From an uncultured Bdellovibrionales bacterium (GTDB lineage Bacteria; Bdellovibrionota_C; UBA2361; SZUA-149; DAOLCO01), in contig CAYGUX010000007.1 of NCBI GenBank assembly GCA_964353175.1, forward strand, positions 12,088 to 76,087: a stretch of DNA of 64,000 bases. The letters run 5' to 3'. The notes under the pieces were generated by a model. The model saw nothing but the letters and a program-made list of their open reading frames with translations. It was not told the origin of the DNA and ran no database searches. Shown one piece after another: positions 9,706 through 20,850 of the stretch. How positions within the stretch are numbered: the first letter of the stretch is position 1; each line of letters starts with the position of its first letter. The position numbers were made by a program, and so were the translations under genes.

Positions 9706-11577
9706 TTAATTTTTAGAAGTATCTACTTCGAATAACTTTCCATCCACAACCTTTTGGATAGTTAAATCCCTATGAATTTCTCCATCACTGAGAACATGCA
9801 TCATGCCAGTAACACCTAAGACTTGTGAGGATTGCTGCAAGCTCTTTGATATCGAAAATGGAGAATTATTAGTAGCTGAAAGTACAAAATTAACACTATC
9901 GTAACTTTGAGCTGAAAGTAGATCCGGATCTCCTCCAAAATTGCGCCTATAATTCTCAATAAATTTCTCTGTACTATCATTGCTGCTAGAGCTATTAAAT
10001 AGACTAACTAAATAGACTCCTTCCATAATGGAGTGGTAACTGGAGATTTTTATAGGGTCTAATAGCAATGACACCCCAAGTATATTTAGGGGAACCATTG
10101 AATCATTATCTTTTATTGCTCGAAGTAAAGGCTCAGCACTCGGCAGAATATCTGCAATAATAACGGTATCAAAGAGGCCTGAATTAAGTTCCGCTTTAAT
10201 ATTCTCAAGTTGAGATAAGTTCCGATTCTGATACTGAAATGATTGAAGTGTTAGATTAATCCCTCTACCTATAATAGTCTGAAACGCATCTTGATACTCG
10301 GCACCCACTTCGCCTTCAGGATACAATAACGCAACTTTGCGTGAATTAAGTTTAGCCTGAGAAAAAGCAATTAATGACTGTAACTGATTTTCAGGTGTTG
10401 CCCCTAGTCGGAATATCTGAGGCGACAGAGCTGGTAGGCCCTGTTTCTTAGCATATGTGAGTAAAGGTACAGTTAATCCACTTTGAAGGCTTGCAAGCGA
10501 CTCTACATCCTTAACAAGCATAGGCCCAAATATTATTTTAGCTTTATCTTGATTAACTAATTTACTGTATGCATCCAAGACTCCCGCATTAGAATCGTAG
10601 ACCACAAGGTTGTCTTCTAAATTATTATCTTTTAAGGCCAAACGAATCCCTTGTTCTACTTTTTTAGCATGGGTTGAATACTGACCACTTAATGGAAGCA
10701 ATGCACCAATTACTTGATTTGCTACTGGAATATCTTCTTGGCTACTTGAAGAATAATCTTCAGGTAGAATTTCCATATTTTGACTATCGTAGTTTGTGCT
10801 AGGAGCTAGTTCATAATTAGATCGACTGAAGTAAGTTGCAATTTTGCTTTTAGATGATAATGATCCTCCCCTTAATCGCCGGCTCTTTTCTTCTCTTAAA
10901 ATAGAAGAGACAAAATTTTCGTTACTCCATTTATCTGACAATGTATTTAATTCGTTGGGTGAAAAAACTTTCGAATACTCTCTGGCAATTCGGCGAGACT
11001 CATCTGAGACTTTTCCTACTCCACGTCCAGATTTAAAACTTTGTACCATCCAAGCATACGCTTGATCAGAATTATCTTTAGCTATGTAAGCATAGGCAGT
11101 TAATAATGAAAATCTAGAATCAAGCTGACTGGCATCTATTCCTCTTTTTGAAGCATACTTAGAAATTCTTGAAAGAGCCCTATCTGGCTTGCCTGACTTT
11201 AAATCAATACTTGATTGAAGAAGCAAGTATGTTTCCGCTTCTTCTGAAGTTTTAGCTTTATTTAAAGCACTTGATAGGGAGTCTGCGGCAGAATCGAGAT
11301 TTCCTTCTTCTTGAAATCTGATAGCATTTAAATAGTCTCTATTTTTATAATTACCTAATGACCATACTTCCCATGGGGCCATTGCTGCTCTAGTCCTTAC
11401 AGCGTCCCTCGGAGTAATGTTTGGGAATTTACCTAAGTTCTGCCTGACAGGGATTGGACGCTTTTGACAGCCAATTGTGAAGACAACGAAAAGTAAGCAT
11501 ATACTAATCGAAAAATTCTTTGACTTTATCCAAAAACGATCTGTTAGTGCTATCGTCCGGGTCTGGTATGCCTTCAA
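9706..11577 (-). CDS. LppC/LpoA-family lipoprotein (N-terminal TPR-like helical domain plus C-terminal periplasmic-binding-protein type I domain). The true start is probably downstream of the listed ATG
   Basis: Lipobox (FTIGC). The C-terminal IGALLPLSG...IIFGPML block resembles LpoA/LivK-type PBP domains. The listed start overlaps the dnaJ 3' end by 74 bp, which suggests the ORF is over-extended. Confidence 0.6.
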   Translation of the reverse strand: MKAYQTRTIALTDRFWIKSKNFSISICLLFVVFTIGCQKRPIPVRQNLGKFPNITPRDAVRTRAAMAPWEVWSLGNYKNRDYLNAIRFQEEGNLDSAADSLSSALNKAKTSEEAETYLLLQSSIDLKSGKPDRALSRISKYASKRGIDASQLDSRFSLLTAYAYIAKDNSDQAYAWMVQSFKSGRGVGKVSDESRRIAREYSKVFSPNELNTLSDKWSNENFVSSILREEKSRRLRGGSLSSKSKIATYFSRSNYELAPSTNYDSQNMEILPEDYSSSSQEDIPVANQVIGALLPLSGQYSTHAKKVEQGIRLALKDNNLEDNLVVYDSNAGVLDAYSKLVNQDKAKIIFGPMLVKDVESLASLQSGLTVPLLTYAKKQGLPALSPQIFRLGATPENQLQSLIAFSQAKLNSRKVALLYPEGEVGAEYQDAFQTIIGRGINLTLQSFQYQNRNLSQLENIKAELNSGLFDTVIIADILPSAEPLLRAIKDNDSMVPLNILGVSLLLDPIKISSYHSIMEGVYLVSLFNSSSSNDSTEKFIENYRRNFGGDPDLLSAQSYDSVNFVLSATNNSPFSISKSLQQSSQVLGVTGMMHVLSDGEIHRDLTIQKVVDGKLFEVDTSKN

Positions 11578-12613
11578 TTTTTGCTAATTCCTCTAATAAA
11601 TCTTTATGCGCGTCACTTAACTTCTTTGGTACTTTTATGTTAACTTTAACATGCTGGTCACCTCTAATTGTAGATTGTATATCTACAATTCCCTGCCCTT
11701 TAAGCCTAAATACTTTCCCAGCTTGTGTACCTGAGGGAATTTTAAGTTTTACTCTACCATAAAGTGTGGGGACTTCAAGCTCAGTTCCGAGAACAGCCTG
11801 GGAATAAGAAAGAGTTAACTCACTAATTACTTCTGTACCCTGTCTTTTAAAGCGCTTATGCGGTTTAATTAAAATTTCCACATAAAGGTCACCAGGCACT
11901 CCATCGGAAATTACTTCTCCCTCACCCCTTAGTTTTAATTTTTGACCGTTATCTATACCAGCAGGTATCTTAACCAATAACTCACTATCTTTATGACCTT
12001 CACCAGATCCGCCACAGGATGGGCATGGGTCTGCAATCATAGTACCCAAACCTCTACAAACTGGACATGGTCTTGAGATTCTAAAAAAGCCTTCTTGTGA
12101 ATTGACCTGACCCTGCCCCGCACAATGTTTACAGGTTTCTGCTTTAGTCCCTTTACGTGCGCCTGTGCCAGTACATGGATCACATGGCACTGGTCGCCGA
12201 ACATTGATGTTTTTATTTAGACCATTGGCACTCTCTTCGAGAGTAACTTCTAAACGATAAGAAAGATCTCTACCCGTTTTTACTCTCTGCTTTCTTGAAC
12301 CACCACCAAAAAAAGCTCCAAAAATATCTCCGAAAATATCTTCAGAAAACGATCCAAAGTCTCCGAAGCCACCAAACCCTTGCCCGCCTTGGAAAGCGGC
12401 ATGCCCAAATTGATCATATTTTGATCTATTCTCAGCATCGCTTAGGATTTGATATGCTTCGGTAGCTTCTTTAAACTTCTCCTCTGCATCGTGATCATCA
12501 GGGTTCTTATCCGGATGGTACTTAACCGCAAGCTTCCTATAAGCCTTCTTAATCTCTTCTGAAGTACAGGATCTGGTAAGACCCAGAACTTCATAACAAT
12601 CACGTTTGCTCAC
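11504..12613 (-). CDS. dnaJ: Molecular chaperone DnaJ
   Basis: J-domain with HPD (YHPDKN). A G/F-rich linker and four CxxCxGxG zinc-finger repeats are present. Confidence 0.95.
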   Translation of the reverse strand: MSKRDCYEVLGLTRSCTSEEIKKAYRKLAVKYHPDKNPDDHDAEEKFKEATEAYQILSDAENRSKYDQFGHAAFQGGQGFGGFGDFGSFSEDIFGDIFGAFFGGGSRKQRVKTGRDLSYRLEVTLEESANGLNKNINVRRPVPCDPCTGTGARKGTKAETCKHCAGQGQVNSQEGFFRISRPCPVCRGLGTMIADPCPSCGGSGEGHKDSELLVKIPAGIDNGQKLKLRGEGEVISDGVPGDLYVEILIKPHKRFKRQGTEVISELTLSYSQAVLGTELEVPTLYGRVKLKIPSGTQAGKVFRLKGQGIVDIQSTIRGDQHVKVNIKVPKKLSDAHKDLLEELAKIEGIPDPDDSTNRSFLDKVKEFFD

Positions 12614-12621
12614 AAAATACC

Positions 12622-14547
12622 CTAATTTACTTCTTCAAAATCTGCATCTACGACATCGTCGCCTGAGTCAGTCTGGGTATTACCAGCATCCGTTCCACCT
12701 GCCGAGTCTGACTCAGTAGTATTAGCACTAGACTCATACATTTTTTTAGTTAGTGCATGAGTTAGTTGCTCCAAACTTTGCTTTTCAGTCTGAAGAGCAG
12801 AAGCAGTCAATCCTTCTTCGAGTACTTTCCTAGCCTTCTCTAAAGCTGCTTCAATTTCTGTTTTTTGCCCAGCTTCAATTTTTTCACCATGCTCAGAAAG
12901 CAACTGTGAAGTAGCATATATAGTTGTATCTAAACCATTTTTAGCTTCTGCTAATTCTCTCTTCTCCTTATCCTGCATGGAATTCGCTTCAGCATCTCTG
13001 ATCATTTGTTCAATTTCTTCTTCACCAAGTCCAGAGCTTGCAGTAATTTGAATTGCCTGTTCCTTACCAGTTCCAAGATCTTTAGCAGATACCTTAACGA
13101 TACCATTGGCATCGATATCAAAAGTAACTTCAACTTGAGGTACACCTCTTGGTGCAGGAGGTATGCCTGTAAGATCAAAACGCCCTAGCGTTTTATTATC
13201 TCCTGACATTTCTCTTTCACCTTGGAGCACATGAATACTTACTGCTGGCTGGTTATCCGAAGCAGTAGAGAATACTTGCTGTTTCCTAGTTGGAATAGTT
13301 GTATTTTTTTCAATTAACTTAGTCATTATTCCACCTTGAGTTTCAATCCCAAGACTTAAAGGAGTAACATCTAACAATAATACATCTTTAACATCACCTT
13401 GAAGAACTCCACCTTGAACCGCCGCACCAATGGCAACTGCTTCATCAGGATTAACGCTCTTACTAGCGGCTTTTCCAAATATTTGTTTAACTCGTTCTTG
13501 AACTGCTGGCATTCTTGTCATACCACCAACCAATATAACTTCTTGAATCTCACCCACTGCTATCCCAGCATCTTTAATCGCTGTTCGGCAAGGAGCCTCA
13601 AGTCTTTGAAGTAAATCAGAACAAAGTTGTTCAAATTTAGATCTAGTCAACTTGATATTTAAATTCTTAGGCCCAGATGAGTCGGATGCAATGAATGGCA
13701 GACTTATTTGAGTTTCTGATGAAGTTGAAAGCTCATGTTTTGCTTCTTCCGATGCAACTTTTAATCGTTGTAATGCTTCAGTGTCTGTCTTTAAATTAAT
13801 ATTGGTTTCTTTTTTAAACTCTTCAACCAACCACTCAACAATTTTATGATCAAAATCTTCACCACCTAGGAAAGTATCACCATTAGTTGCTTTCACTTCG
13901 AAAACACCGTCACCCAATTCTAGAATGGACACGTCAAAAGTACCACCACCTAAATCGAATACAGCAATGGTCTTTTCACCTTTCTTCTCTACACCATAAG
14001 CTAATGCGGCCGCAGTAGGTTCGTTAATGATTCTTAACACCTCAAGTCCAGCAATCCTACCAGCATCTTTAGTTGCTTGTCTTTGAGAGTCGTTAAAATA
14101 TGCAGGAACGGTTATAACAGCTTGAGTAACTTCTTCTCCTAAGTAATCTTCAGCGGTTTGTTTCATCTTCTGAAGGATTAAAGCAGATACTTCTTGAGGA
14201 GATTTCCTCTCTCCGCCCATATTAACTGAGGCATCACCGTTTTCCGCAGCGACCACTTCATACGGAAGAACACCCTTGGCATTTTCGACTTCTTTAGAAC
14301 CAATTTTCCTACCAATCAACCTTTTTACAGCAAAAACAGTATTCTTAGGATTAGTTACTGCCTGTCTTTTGGCGATTTGACCCACCAAACGTTCGCCAGT
14401 CTCAGTTACTGCGACAACGGATGGAGTAGTTCTTTTCCCTTCACTATTTGTAATAACTACTGGATCTCCTCCTTCCATTACAGCTACGCAAGAGTTAGTA
14501 GTACCAAGATCAATTCCGATTATTTTCCCCATTATATTCCCTATCAA
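12622..14547 (-). CDS. dnaK: Molecular chaperone DnaK (Hsp70)
   Basis: Begins [14 protein letters not shown]. The DLGGGTFD motif and full Hsp70 length are present. Confidence 0.97.
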   Translation of the reverse strand: MIGNIMGKIIGIDLGTTNSCVAVMEGGDPVVITNSEGKRTTPSVVAVTETGERLVGQIAKRQAVTNPKNTVFAVKRLIGRKIGSKEVENAKGVLPYEVVAAENGDASVNMGGERKSPQEVSALILQKMKQTAEDYLGEEVTQAVITVPAYFNDSQRQATKDAGRIAGLEVLRIINEPTAAALAYGVEKKGEKTIAVFDLGGGTFDVSILELGDGVFEVKATNGDTFLGGEDFDHKIVEWLVEEFKKETNINLKTDTEALQRLKVASEEAKHELSTSSETQISLPFIASDSSGPKNLNIKLTRSKFEQLCSDLLQRLEAPCRTAIKDAGIAVGEIQEVILVGGMTRMPAVQERVKQIFGKAASKSVNPDEAVAIGAAVQGGVLQGDVKDVLLLDVTPLSLGIETQGGIMTKLIEKNTTIPTRKQQVFSTASDNQPAVSIHVLQGEREMSGDNKTLGRFDLTGIPPAPRGVPQVEVTFDIDANGIVKVSAKDLGTGKEQAIQITASSGLGEEEIEQMIRDAEANSMQDKEKRELAEAKNGLDTTIYATSQLLSEHGEKIEAGQKTEIEAALEKARKVLEEGLTASALQTEKQSLEQLTHALTKKMYESSANTTESDSAGGTDAGNTQTDSGDDVVDADFEEVN

Positions 14548-14655
14548 GTTAAATTAATTAAAAATTTTTAGCTTCTAGAATTTAAAGCAATCCAGTTCCG
14601 CCATTTCCTAAAGCTAATCACTCTTTTGTTTAAGTGCAAGCCTTTGTATTAAATT

Positions 14656-15267
14656 TTATTCGCTGTCCTCTGAAGTTTTTGGCCCATTAGATACTACTAC
14701 TTGAGCTGGTCTCAATAGTTTATCCTTATAAGTAAAACTTCTTTTCAACTCTTGAACAATGATCCCACTAGGTACTTCGTCCGAATGCACCATAGTTAAG
14801 GCTTCATGTATTGCTGGATCGAATTTAGTTCCAATTGAATCAGTACCCTTAATAGAATACCTATCAAAGATAGACTTCATTCTACTTGCAATGAGAGTTA
14901 TACCCTCTAGCATGGCCTCCGGACTAGCCTCTGCCCCTACTCCAGCTACCCTTTCAAGATCATCTAAGATCTCCAATAAATCTCTCGCAATAGATTCTCC
15001 TTGATACTTAATCAACTCAGAGCGTTCTTTTAGATGTCTTTTTTTAATGTTATCTGTTTCAGCTATCGCATAAAGATATCTGGACTCTGACTCTTTTAAT
15101 AGTGCCGCAAGTTTAGCCATCTCATTCAATGGCACTTCAGCCTTATCTTTATCTTTGGAATCCTTAGAAACCTCCTCTTCAATTTTAGCGTCCTTAGGTG
15201 GCATCTTTAAATCTTGACTATCTAGATCTAATTCTTCTGTCTCTTTTCCTGAAGCCGATTGACTCAT
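14656..15267 (-). CDS. grpE: Nucleotide exchange factor GrpE
   Basis: Lies upstream of dnaK and is co-oriented with it. It has a coiled-coil N-terminus and a GrpE-like C-terminal beta domain (FDP..HEA). Confidence 0.88.
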   Translation of the reverse strand: MSQSASGKETEELDLDSQDLKMPPKDAKIEEEVSKDSKDKDKAEVPLNEMAKLAALLKESESRYLYAIAETDNIKKRHLKERSELIKYQGESIARDLLEILDDLERVAGVGAEASPEAMLEGITLIASRMKSIFDRYSIKGTDSIGTKFDPAIHEALTMVHSDEVPSGIIVQELKRSFTYKDKLLRPAQVVVSNGPKTSEDSE

Positions 15268-15463
15268 TTTATTCTATCCCGGTTAAATATCTAAAATTTG
15301 TTGGCTTGTAGTAATGATCATTGCCACTTGATGCAAGGGGTCGATAGGACTATTTTAGTCTTTTTTTCACTAAGTTGCCTGTAAGATACTAAAATATTTG
15401 CTATTTTAATGTGATAGAGTTAAAACGATTAAGGTAATAAGATGCAGTAAACTAGTAAAGATT

Positions 15464-16870
15464 ATGGAAAAACAAGAGTTCCCGCAAATTAATGAAGCCA
15501 TAACCTTTGAAGATTCGTTAACTGAAGTTGAACGTTTAATTGACGTTGGATCAGATGGTGAAAACTCAACTGACGAACTATCAGAATATCTCGCCTCACT
15601 TCATCCAAGTCTATTGTCGGATATTCTATTAAACTTCAATGTCGATCAACAGAAGGTATTGTTACAGCATATTACTGGGTTAGATACTGTTTCTGATCTC
15701 ATGGCGTACGCTTCAGAGGAACTACAAAGTTTGTTGTTAAATATTCTCGACGATTCAAGATTGGCCGCAGTAATTAGAAGAATAGACATTGATGATGCCG
15801 CCGATGTACTTGCAATTGTTCCTCGTAGAAGACAAGTAAAAATTCTCAAGCGTTTAAATGCTCCTCTAGTAAAAGAACTTACAACTCTTTTAGCTTATGA
15901 TGCTGAGACTGCTGGGGGGATTATGACTCCCAGATTTATATCTTTAGACCCTGAAATTAGAGCAGATATAGCATTAGCGGCGATTCAAATTGGCCTTCAT
16001 GATGGCTCTATAGAAGAAGATACTGACCTATCGATCTGTTATGTCTCAAACCCTAATGGGGAACTTCTTGGATCACTTTCATTAAAAGAATTACTGAGAT
16101 GCGATAATGATTCGATTATAAAAGATCGGATGCAATCAATCGAAATATCAGTTAACCCTGACGACCATCAGGAAGAAGTTGCCTGGAAAATTGCGGATTA
16201 TGATTTACCCTCTCTACCGGTAGTCTCTAAGGATAATGGGCAAATTCTTGGTATCATTACAGTTGATGATATTTTAGATGTTCTAACTGAAGAGTATGAA
16301 CAAGATGTATCGAAGATGATCGGTACTGATGAAAGCGATACGGTCGGAGCAACTTTAACAACGTCTATTAAAAGTCGTTTACCATGGCTTATCGCAAGCT
16401 GGGCTGGCGGAATATTAGGCGCATTGCTACTTGGGACTTATTCCGACTCTATACAAAAGATGGTTGCTTTAACTTTCTTTATGCCAGTAGTATTTGGTAT
16501 GGGCGGGAATGTTGGAAGCCAATCATCTACTATCACAGTAAGAGGCCTCGCCACTGGGGAGTTATCACACTCTAGGTTACTAAGAAGAGTAAGAAAGGAA
16601 ATAGGCGTTGGGGCGATTCTTGGATCGATATTCGCAACATTACTTGGAATTGTATCTTATTTAATGTTTGGGCAAATCAATTTAAGTGTCGTGGTATCGG
16701 CTTCAATTTTTACAACCATGACTATATCATCAGGATTAGGATCTTTCCTACCCTATTTATTTGAAAAGCTTGGGTTTGATCCAGCCTTTGGTGCTGGCCC
16801 ACTCGTGACAACCACAACTGACATAGTAAGTATCGCAGTCTATTTTACCGTAGCAACTTCATTGTTATAA
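15464..16870 (+). CDS. mgtE: Magnesium transporter MgtE (N-terminal domain, tandem CBS domains, 5-TM channel)
   Basis: Domain order and the conserved GGIMT motif match MgtE. The C-terminal transmembrane domain includes GN.GSQSS. Confidence 0.9.
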   Translation: MEKQEFPQINEAITFEDSLTEVERLIDVGSDGENSTDELSEYLASLHPSLLSDILLNFNVDQQKVLLQHITGLDTVSDLMAYASEELQSLLLNILDDSRLAAVIRRIDIDDAADVLAIVPRRRQVKILKRLNAPLVKELTTLLAYDAETAGGIMTPRFISLDPEIRADIALAAIQIGLHDGSIEEDTDLSICYVSNPNGELLGSLSLKELLRCDNDSIIKDRMQSIEISVNPDDHQEEVAWKIADYDLPSLPVVSKDNGQILGIITVDDILDVLTEEYEQDVSKMIGTDESDTVGATLTTSIKSRLPWLIASWAGGILGALLLGTYSDSIQKMVALTFFMPVVFGMGGNVGSQSSTITVRGLATGELSHSRLLRRVRKEIGVGAILGSIFATLLGIVSYLMFGQINLSVVVSASIFTTMTISSGLGSFLPYLFEKLGFDPAFGAGPLVTTTTDIVSIAVYFTVATSLL

Positions 16871-16879
16871 TGAGTCGTC

Positions 16880-17542
16880 TTGATAGAAATTAAAACTCCA
16901 GCAATAGTACTTCAGACGTTTGATGCAAAAGAATCTGACTTGGTAGTTGTTTTACTTTCACCCACGGAAGGGAAGATAAGAGCATTCGCCAAAGGAGCCA
17001 AGAAAAGCAAAAAACGATTTTTTGGAAACATTGAGATTTTCACTAAGGCCAATTTCCTTTTGACTAAGAAAAAGGCTGCCTCAGACTTATTTCTAATTGA
17101 AACCTTAGAAAACAAAGTAACACCTTTAGAACTTAGAAACTCTCTAAATCACTTTCTAATTGTTGGATTGACCTTTGAGTTAGTAGATAAATGTTTTGCT
17201 GAGGTAGATCAAGAAGCTAACATAATCTATGAAAATTTAAATAAGCTATTATTGATTGCAAATAACCTTCCTCCCTTTTCAAATCTAATCTGCTTAGCAA
17301 CCTATAACCTTTTACTTTTAGGACAAATGATTGGAGTCGATCCACTACATAGCACTAAGAGCTTTAGGCAGGATGATTTGTTATGGTTTAGAGAAATGCT
17401 TAATGCTGACAAGCCACTATCATACGAACCTTTACAGGCTAGTTTTAGAGCTTTGAAAAGTTTAGCCAACTATCTAAGAATATCCATGGATTTAAAAATA
17501 AACTCCATGGATAGCTTAAATATGATAAAACTTACAGATTAG
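16880..17542 (+). CDS. recO: DNA repair protein RecO
   Basis: N-terminal OB-fold pattern (AIVL...ESD). The length is consistent with RecO, but conservation is modest. Confidence 0.65.
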   Translation: MIEIKTPAIVLQTFDAKESDLVVVLLSPTEGKIRAFAKGAKKSKKRFFGNIEIFTKANFLLTKKKAASDLFLIETLENKVTPLELRNSLNHFLIVGLTFELVDKCFAEVDQEANIIYENLNKLLLIANNLPPFSNLICLATYNLLLLGQMIGVDPLHSTKSFRQDDLLWFREMLNADKPLSYEPLQASFRALKSLANYLRISMDLKINSMDSLNMIKLTD

Positions 17543-17853
17543 TTAGCTAATTTATCTGACTCAAAGCCTTCAGGCAGGCCAAACAAACTAGGAGGATCGA
17601 TTAAATCGATGCCAGTATTTTTCAACTTAAGCCACACATCTTTAAGTTGTTTTTTTAAGTCCTCATCCAGAAGTTCTGCAGTATCTGAATTAGTTAAAAT
17701 TTGATTCATTGCAACAGCACAATGCAAAAGCGATTCATTCGGTGAAATACTTTTTGATGATATATCTGCGATAAAATCGGCCAATGCCTGACGAGAGATT
17801 GATTTGCTTGATTTACTTGTACTTTCTGTGGACTTTTTAGTTGTTTTAGCCAT
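17539..17853 (-). CDS. Hypothetical protein (104 aa) with a Ser/Lys-rich N-terminus
   Basis: The ORF alone; no recognisable family. Confidence 0.35.
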   Translation of the reverse strand: MAKTTKKSTESTSKSSKSISRQALADFIADISSKSISPNESLLHCAVAMNQILTNSDTAELLDEDLKKQLKDVWLKLKNTGIDLIDPPSLFGLPEGFESDKLAN

Positions 17854-17953
17854 GACTTAATTTTAAATTATTTATTGTTTATATTGTTGAGACTATCAGT
17901 AATAATACTTAGATTCAAAGAATTTTTTTAACTATCATTTTCATACTAAATAC

Positions 17954-19489
17954 TTATTCATTGCCAAAAACTACTCCTTGAGCAAGTGGTAGGTCGTCGG
18001 AATAATTAATAGCTGAAGTCATACGCCTCATGTACGCCTTCCAAGAATCAGAACCACATTCCCTACCTCCACCTGTTTCCTTTTCGCCTCCAAAAGCCCC
18101 TCCTATCTCAGCACCACTACCTCCCATGTTCACATTTGCAATACCACAATCTGAACCAGTAGCACTTAAAAAGATCTCTGCCTCTTTAATACTATTAGTA
18201 AATATTGAACTGGATAGACCTTGTGGGACTGAATTATTTATTCTAATAGCATCTGAGACTTCGTCAAAAGGTATAACATAAAGAATCGGTGCGAATGTTT
18301 CCTGTTTTACTATTGTAGCTTCTTCCCCTATCTCTACAATTGCAGGCAGTACATAATTATCTTTAAGAGGGGCTCCACAATGTACTACCCCGCCCTCTTG
18401 CTTAGCCATTAGCAGCGCCTTACTAAATGCATCTACAGCTTGAGAATTAATTAGAGGTCCTACCAATACATTCTCATCAAGAGGATTACCAACCTTCAAA
18501 CTGCCATAGGCTACCTTTAACTTATCTACCACCTCCTTAATCAAACTCCTATGTACAATGAGTCTTCTCATTGAAGTACACCTTTGTCCCGCGGTCCCAA
18601 CAGCTGAAAATAGTATCGCCCTAATGGCGAGCTTTATATCTGCGGTCGGGCAAATAACACAGGCATTATTACCACCTAGCTCTAATAGTGATTTGCCAAA
18701 TCGAGCAGCGACTTTTGTTCCCACTTCGCGACCCATTTTTGTACTACCAGTAGCACTTACTAGAGGGATGTATTTGGAACTTACGAGGTAGTCACCGATA
18801 TCCTTTCCGCCCAAAACCAATGTAGATAAATTTAGATCCTTAAACTCCGTACGACCTAAAGCTAGTTGGAATAATTTATGCGAATACACTGCTGTGATAG
18901 GGGCCAACTCGCTAGGCTTCCAAATAAGGGTATTTCCGCATACAAGCGCTAAGCATGCATTCCAAGCCCATACCGCCGCTGGAAAATTGAAGGCGCTTAT
19001 AATTAACGTAGGCCCTAGAGGATGCCATTGCTCCATCATTCTATGACCAGCACGCTCAGATGGCATTGTTAATCCATATAACTGCCTACTTAGTCCGACC
19101 GCAAAGTCACATACATCTATCATCTCTTGCACTTCTCCTTGCGCCTCGCTAGGGATTTTCCCTACTTCATGGGAGATAATTGTGGCTAACTTATTTTTAT
19201 TCTCTCTTAGAGCTTCCCCAAAAACACGCACTAACTCTCCTCTTCTTGGAGCAGGCACAGAACGCCAGGTATTATAGGTTGATAGAGAGTTTTGAATTAC
19301 AACATCACAATCTTCAATTGTAGCGGAATTAAATTGGTGCAAAAGCTGATTGTCGTTGGGACTAAAGGAATCGATCATAGCTACTTCATTCGTAGTACTA
19401 TTCTTTTCAATTTCTTTATTACCAATATAAGCCCCACTCTTAGTTAGGGCGGGTAAGGATTTATCAAATATTTTATCTACTATACTCAT
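17954..19489 (-). CDS. Alpha-aminoadipic semialdehyde / piperideine-6-carboxylate dehydrogenase (ALDH7 family)
   Basis: Residue-level resemblance to ALDH7A1 as recalled from memory: WRSVPAPRRGELVR, LSRQLYGLTMPSERAGH, SAFNFPAAVWAWN, the LELGGNNA motif and the catalytic Cys context GQRCTS. Confidence 0.85.
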   Translation of the reverse strand: MSIVDKIFDKSLPALTKSGAYIGNKEIEKNSTTNEVAMIDSFSPNDNQLLHQFNSATIEDCDVVIQNSLSTYNTWRSVPAPRRGELVRVFGEALRENKNKLATIISHEVGKIPSEAQGEVQEMIDVCDFAVGLSRQLYGLTMPSERAGHRMMEQWHPLGPTLIISAFNFPAAVWAWNACLALVCGNTLIWKPSELAPITAVYSHKLFQLALGRTEFKDLNLSTLVLGGKDIGDYLVSSKYIPLVSATGSTKMGREVGTKVAARFGKSLLELGGNNACVICPTADIKLAIRAILFSAVGTAGQRCTSMRRLIVHRSLIKEVVDKLKVAYGSLKVGNPLDENVLVGPLINSQAVDAFSKALLMAKQEGGVVHCGAPLKDNYVLPAIVEIGEEATIVKQETFAPILYVIPFDEVSDAIRINNSVPQGLSSSIFTNSIKEAEIFLSATGSDCGIANVNMGGSGAEIGGAFGGEKETGGGRECGSDSWKAYMRRMTSAINYSDDLPLAQGVVFGNE

Positions 19490-19491
19490 AA

Positions 19492-20631
19492 TTATGTAAT
19501 CACCAGATCTATGGGCCTTACCCTAACATTTGTATTGTTATTTACTTCGTAATATTTACCAAAGCGACTTCCCAAAAATTGTTCTAATGTAATTTCCTCT
19601 TGAGATACAAATCCTTTTTGTGGCAGATTCTTACTTAAAAATAGATCGACGGCAACACATATTCCAGCTGCTGTTGTAATTTGAATAGCAGACCAAGTTT
19701 CTCCATGCACATCACTATGGTAAATCTTTCTAGCATCTGTAATTTGAGTTAGTTTTCCATCTTTCTGTCCAGTTACCGTACAGAAAACTACGACCACATC
19801 TTGTGAAGTAACAGGAATAGCGGACTCCAATATTTCCTTAAATAGTCCTCTTTTTTCAGCAAAGTTTAGTTCCTCAAGTAAAAATTTGGCAAGTTCTCGA
19901 TGCCCTAGATACCGAACTGTTTTGTAGTTTACTGTTCTAGCCCTTTCATTCCAGGTTTCGCAGAGTGTCCCCAACCCTCCAGAAGTATTAAATGCTTCGT
20001 ATTTAACTCCATCTACTGAAAAATGTTCAAGCCCCTCTAAAGGTAGAACATCTATTACTTGAGAATCATGAATAGCTTCACAAGGATTACAGTATTCATT
20101 TATAAGTCCATCAGTTGACCATGTTAAATTATATTTTAACATATTAGTTGGGTACATCGGTAATGCCCCTACTCTCATCAGAAGAGTATCTACAACATCC
20201 AAGCGACATGCGAGATCATTCCCTACAATTCCAACGAAACCCGGAGCCAATCCACACTGAGGCATAAATATCTGACCTTTCTTGCTCTTTAAGGCAAGTT
20301 CCTTTATGAATTTAGTTGTTTGTACATCCTCTGTTAAATCGAAATAGCTAGCACCTTCTTCAAGGCATATTCGAGCGATACTTTCATTCATAAAAAAAGA
20401 TAAAGCCGATATAACTACCTCAACTTGCGACACTAATGAGCGTAGTAAATCTACCTCTTCAGTAAGGTTAACCGTATGAATAGTAATAGGGAAGTTTTTT
20501 TTAAGTGCCTTTAAGCTATCTTCTGAAATATCTGCAACCGATACTTCGTAATCTGGCTCCATAGAAAGTAATTTTGCAATACTTCCGCCAATCTTTCCTG
20601 CTCCAAGAATTAAAACTTTATTTTTCGTCAT
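19492..20631 (-). CDS. Saccharopine dehydrogenase-like NAD(P)-binding oxidoreductase
   Basis: N-terminal Rossmann motif (VLILGAGKIGGSIA). The ~380-aa Sacchrp_dh-like architecture is present. It lies immediately upstream of, and translationally adjacent to, the ALDH7 gene. Confidence 0.65.
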   Translation of the reverse strand: MTKNKVLILGAGKIGGSIAKLLSMEPDYEVSVADISEDSLKALKKNFPITIHTVNLTEEVDLLRSLVSQVEVVISALSFFMNESIARICLEEGASYFDLTEDVQTTKFIKELALKSKKGQIFMPQCGLAPGFVGIVGNDLACRLDVVDTLLMRVGALPMYPTNMLKYNLTWSTDGLINEYCNPCEAIHDSQVIDVLPLEGLEHFSVDGVKYEAFNTSGGLGTLCETWNERARTVNYKTVRYLGHRELAKFLLEELNFAEKRGLFKEILESAIPVTSQDVVVVFCTVTGQKDGKLTQITDARKIYHSDVHGETWSAIQITTAAGICVAVDLFLSKNLPQKGFVSQEEITLEQFLGSRFGKYYEVNNNTNVRVRPIDLVIT

Positions 20632-20761
20632 TTCTAAAACTCTAATTTTAACCTAATCTTTATTTAAGTAACTACTCCTCTATATATGATGCATTATGGA
20701 ATACTAAGTGAGCCAATTAAATATAAGTAGATTATATTAGTGGCCAATCCCTACTCTTGTA

Positions 20762-20812
20762 GTAGTTTTGATCTAAATATTTATTAAATATGAATATTTA
20801 GATCAAAACTAC
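20762..20812. repeat. Perfect ~20-bp inverted repeat (gtagttttgatctaaatatt ... aatatttagatcaaaactac) with a ~11-nt loop, in a divergent intergenic region
   Basis: Read directly. It lies 39-89 bp upstream of the start of the 20851 (+) gene. Confidence 0.85.
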
Positions 20813-20850
20813 ACATCAATGCTATTTAGATTAATCGATCACCAAGGACA

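Noticed and set aside
15268-15463. Searched upstream of grpE-dnaK-dnaJ for a CIRCE element (TTAGCACTC-N9-GAGTGCTAA) or a clear sigma-32 promoter
   Set aside because: No CIRCE-like inverted repeat is present. A CTTGCAT motif exists, but the spacing and -10 element (CCCCATnT) do not fit convincingly. Heat-shock control cannot be assigned from sequence.
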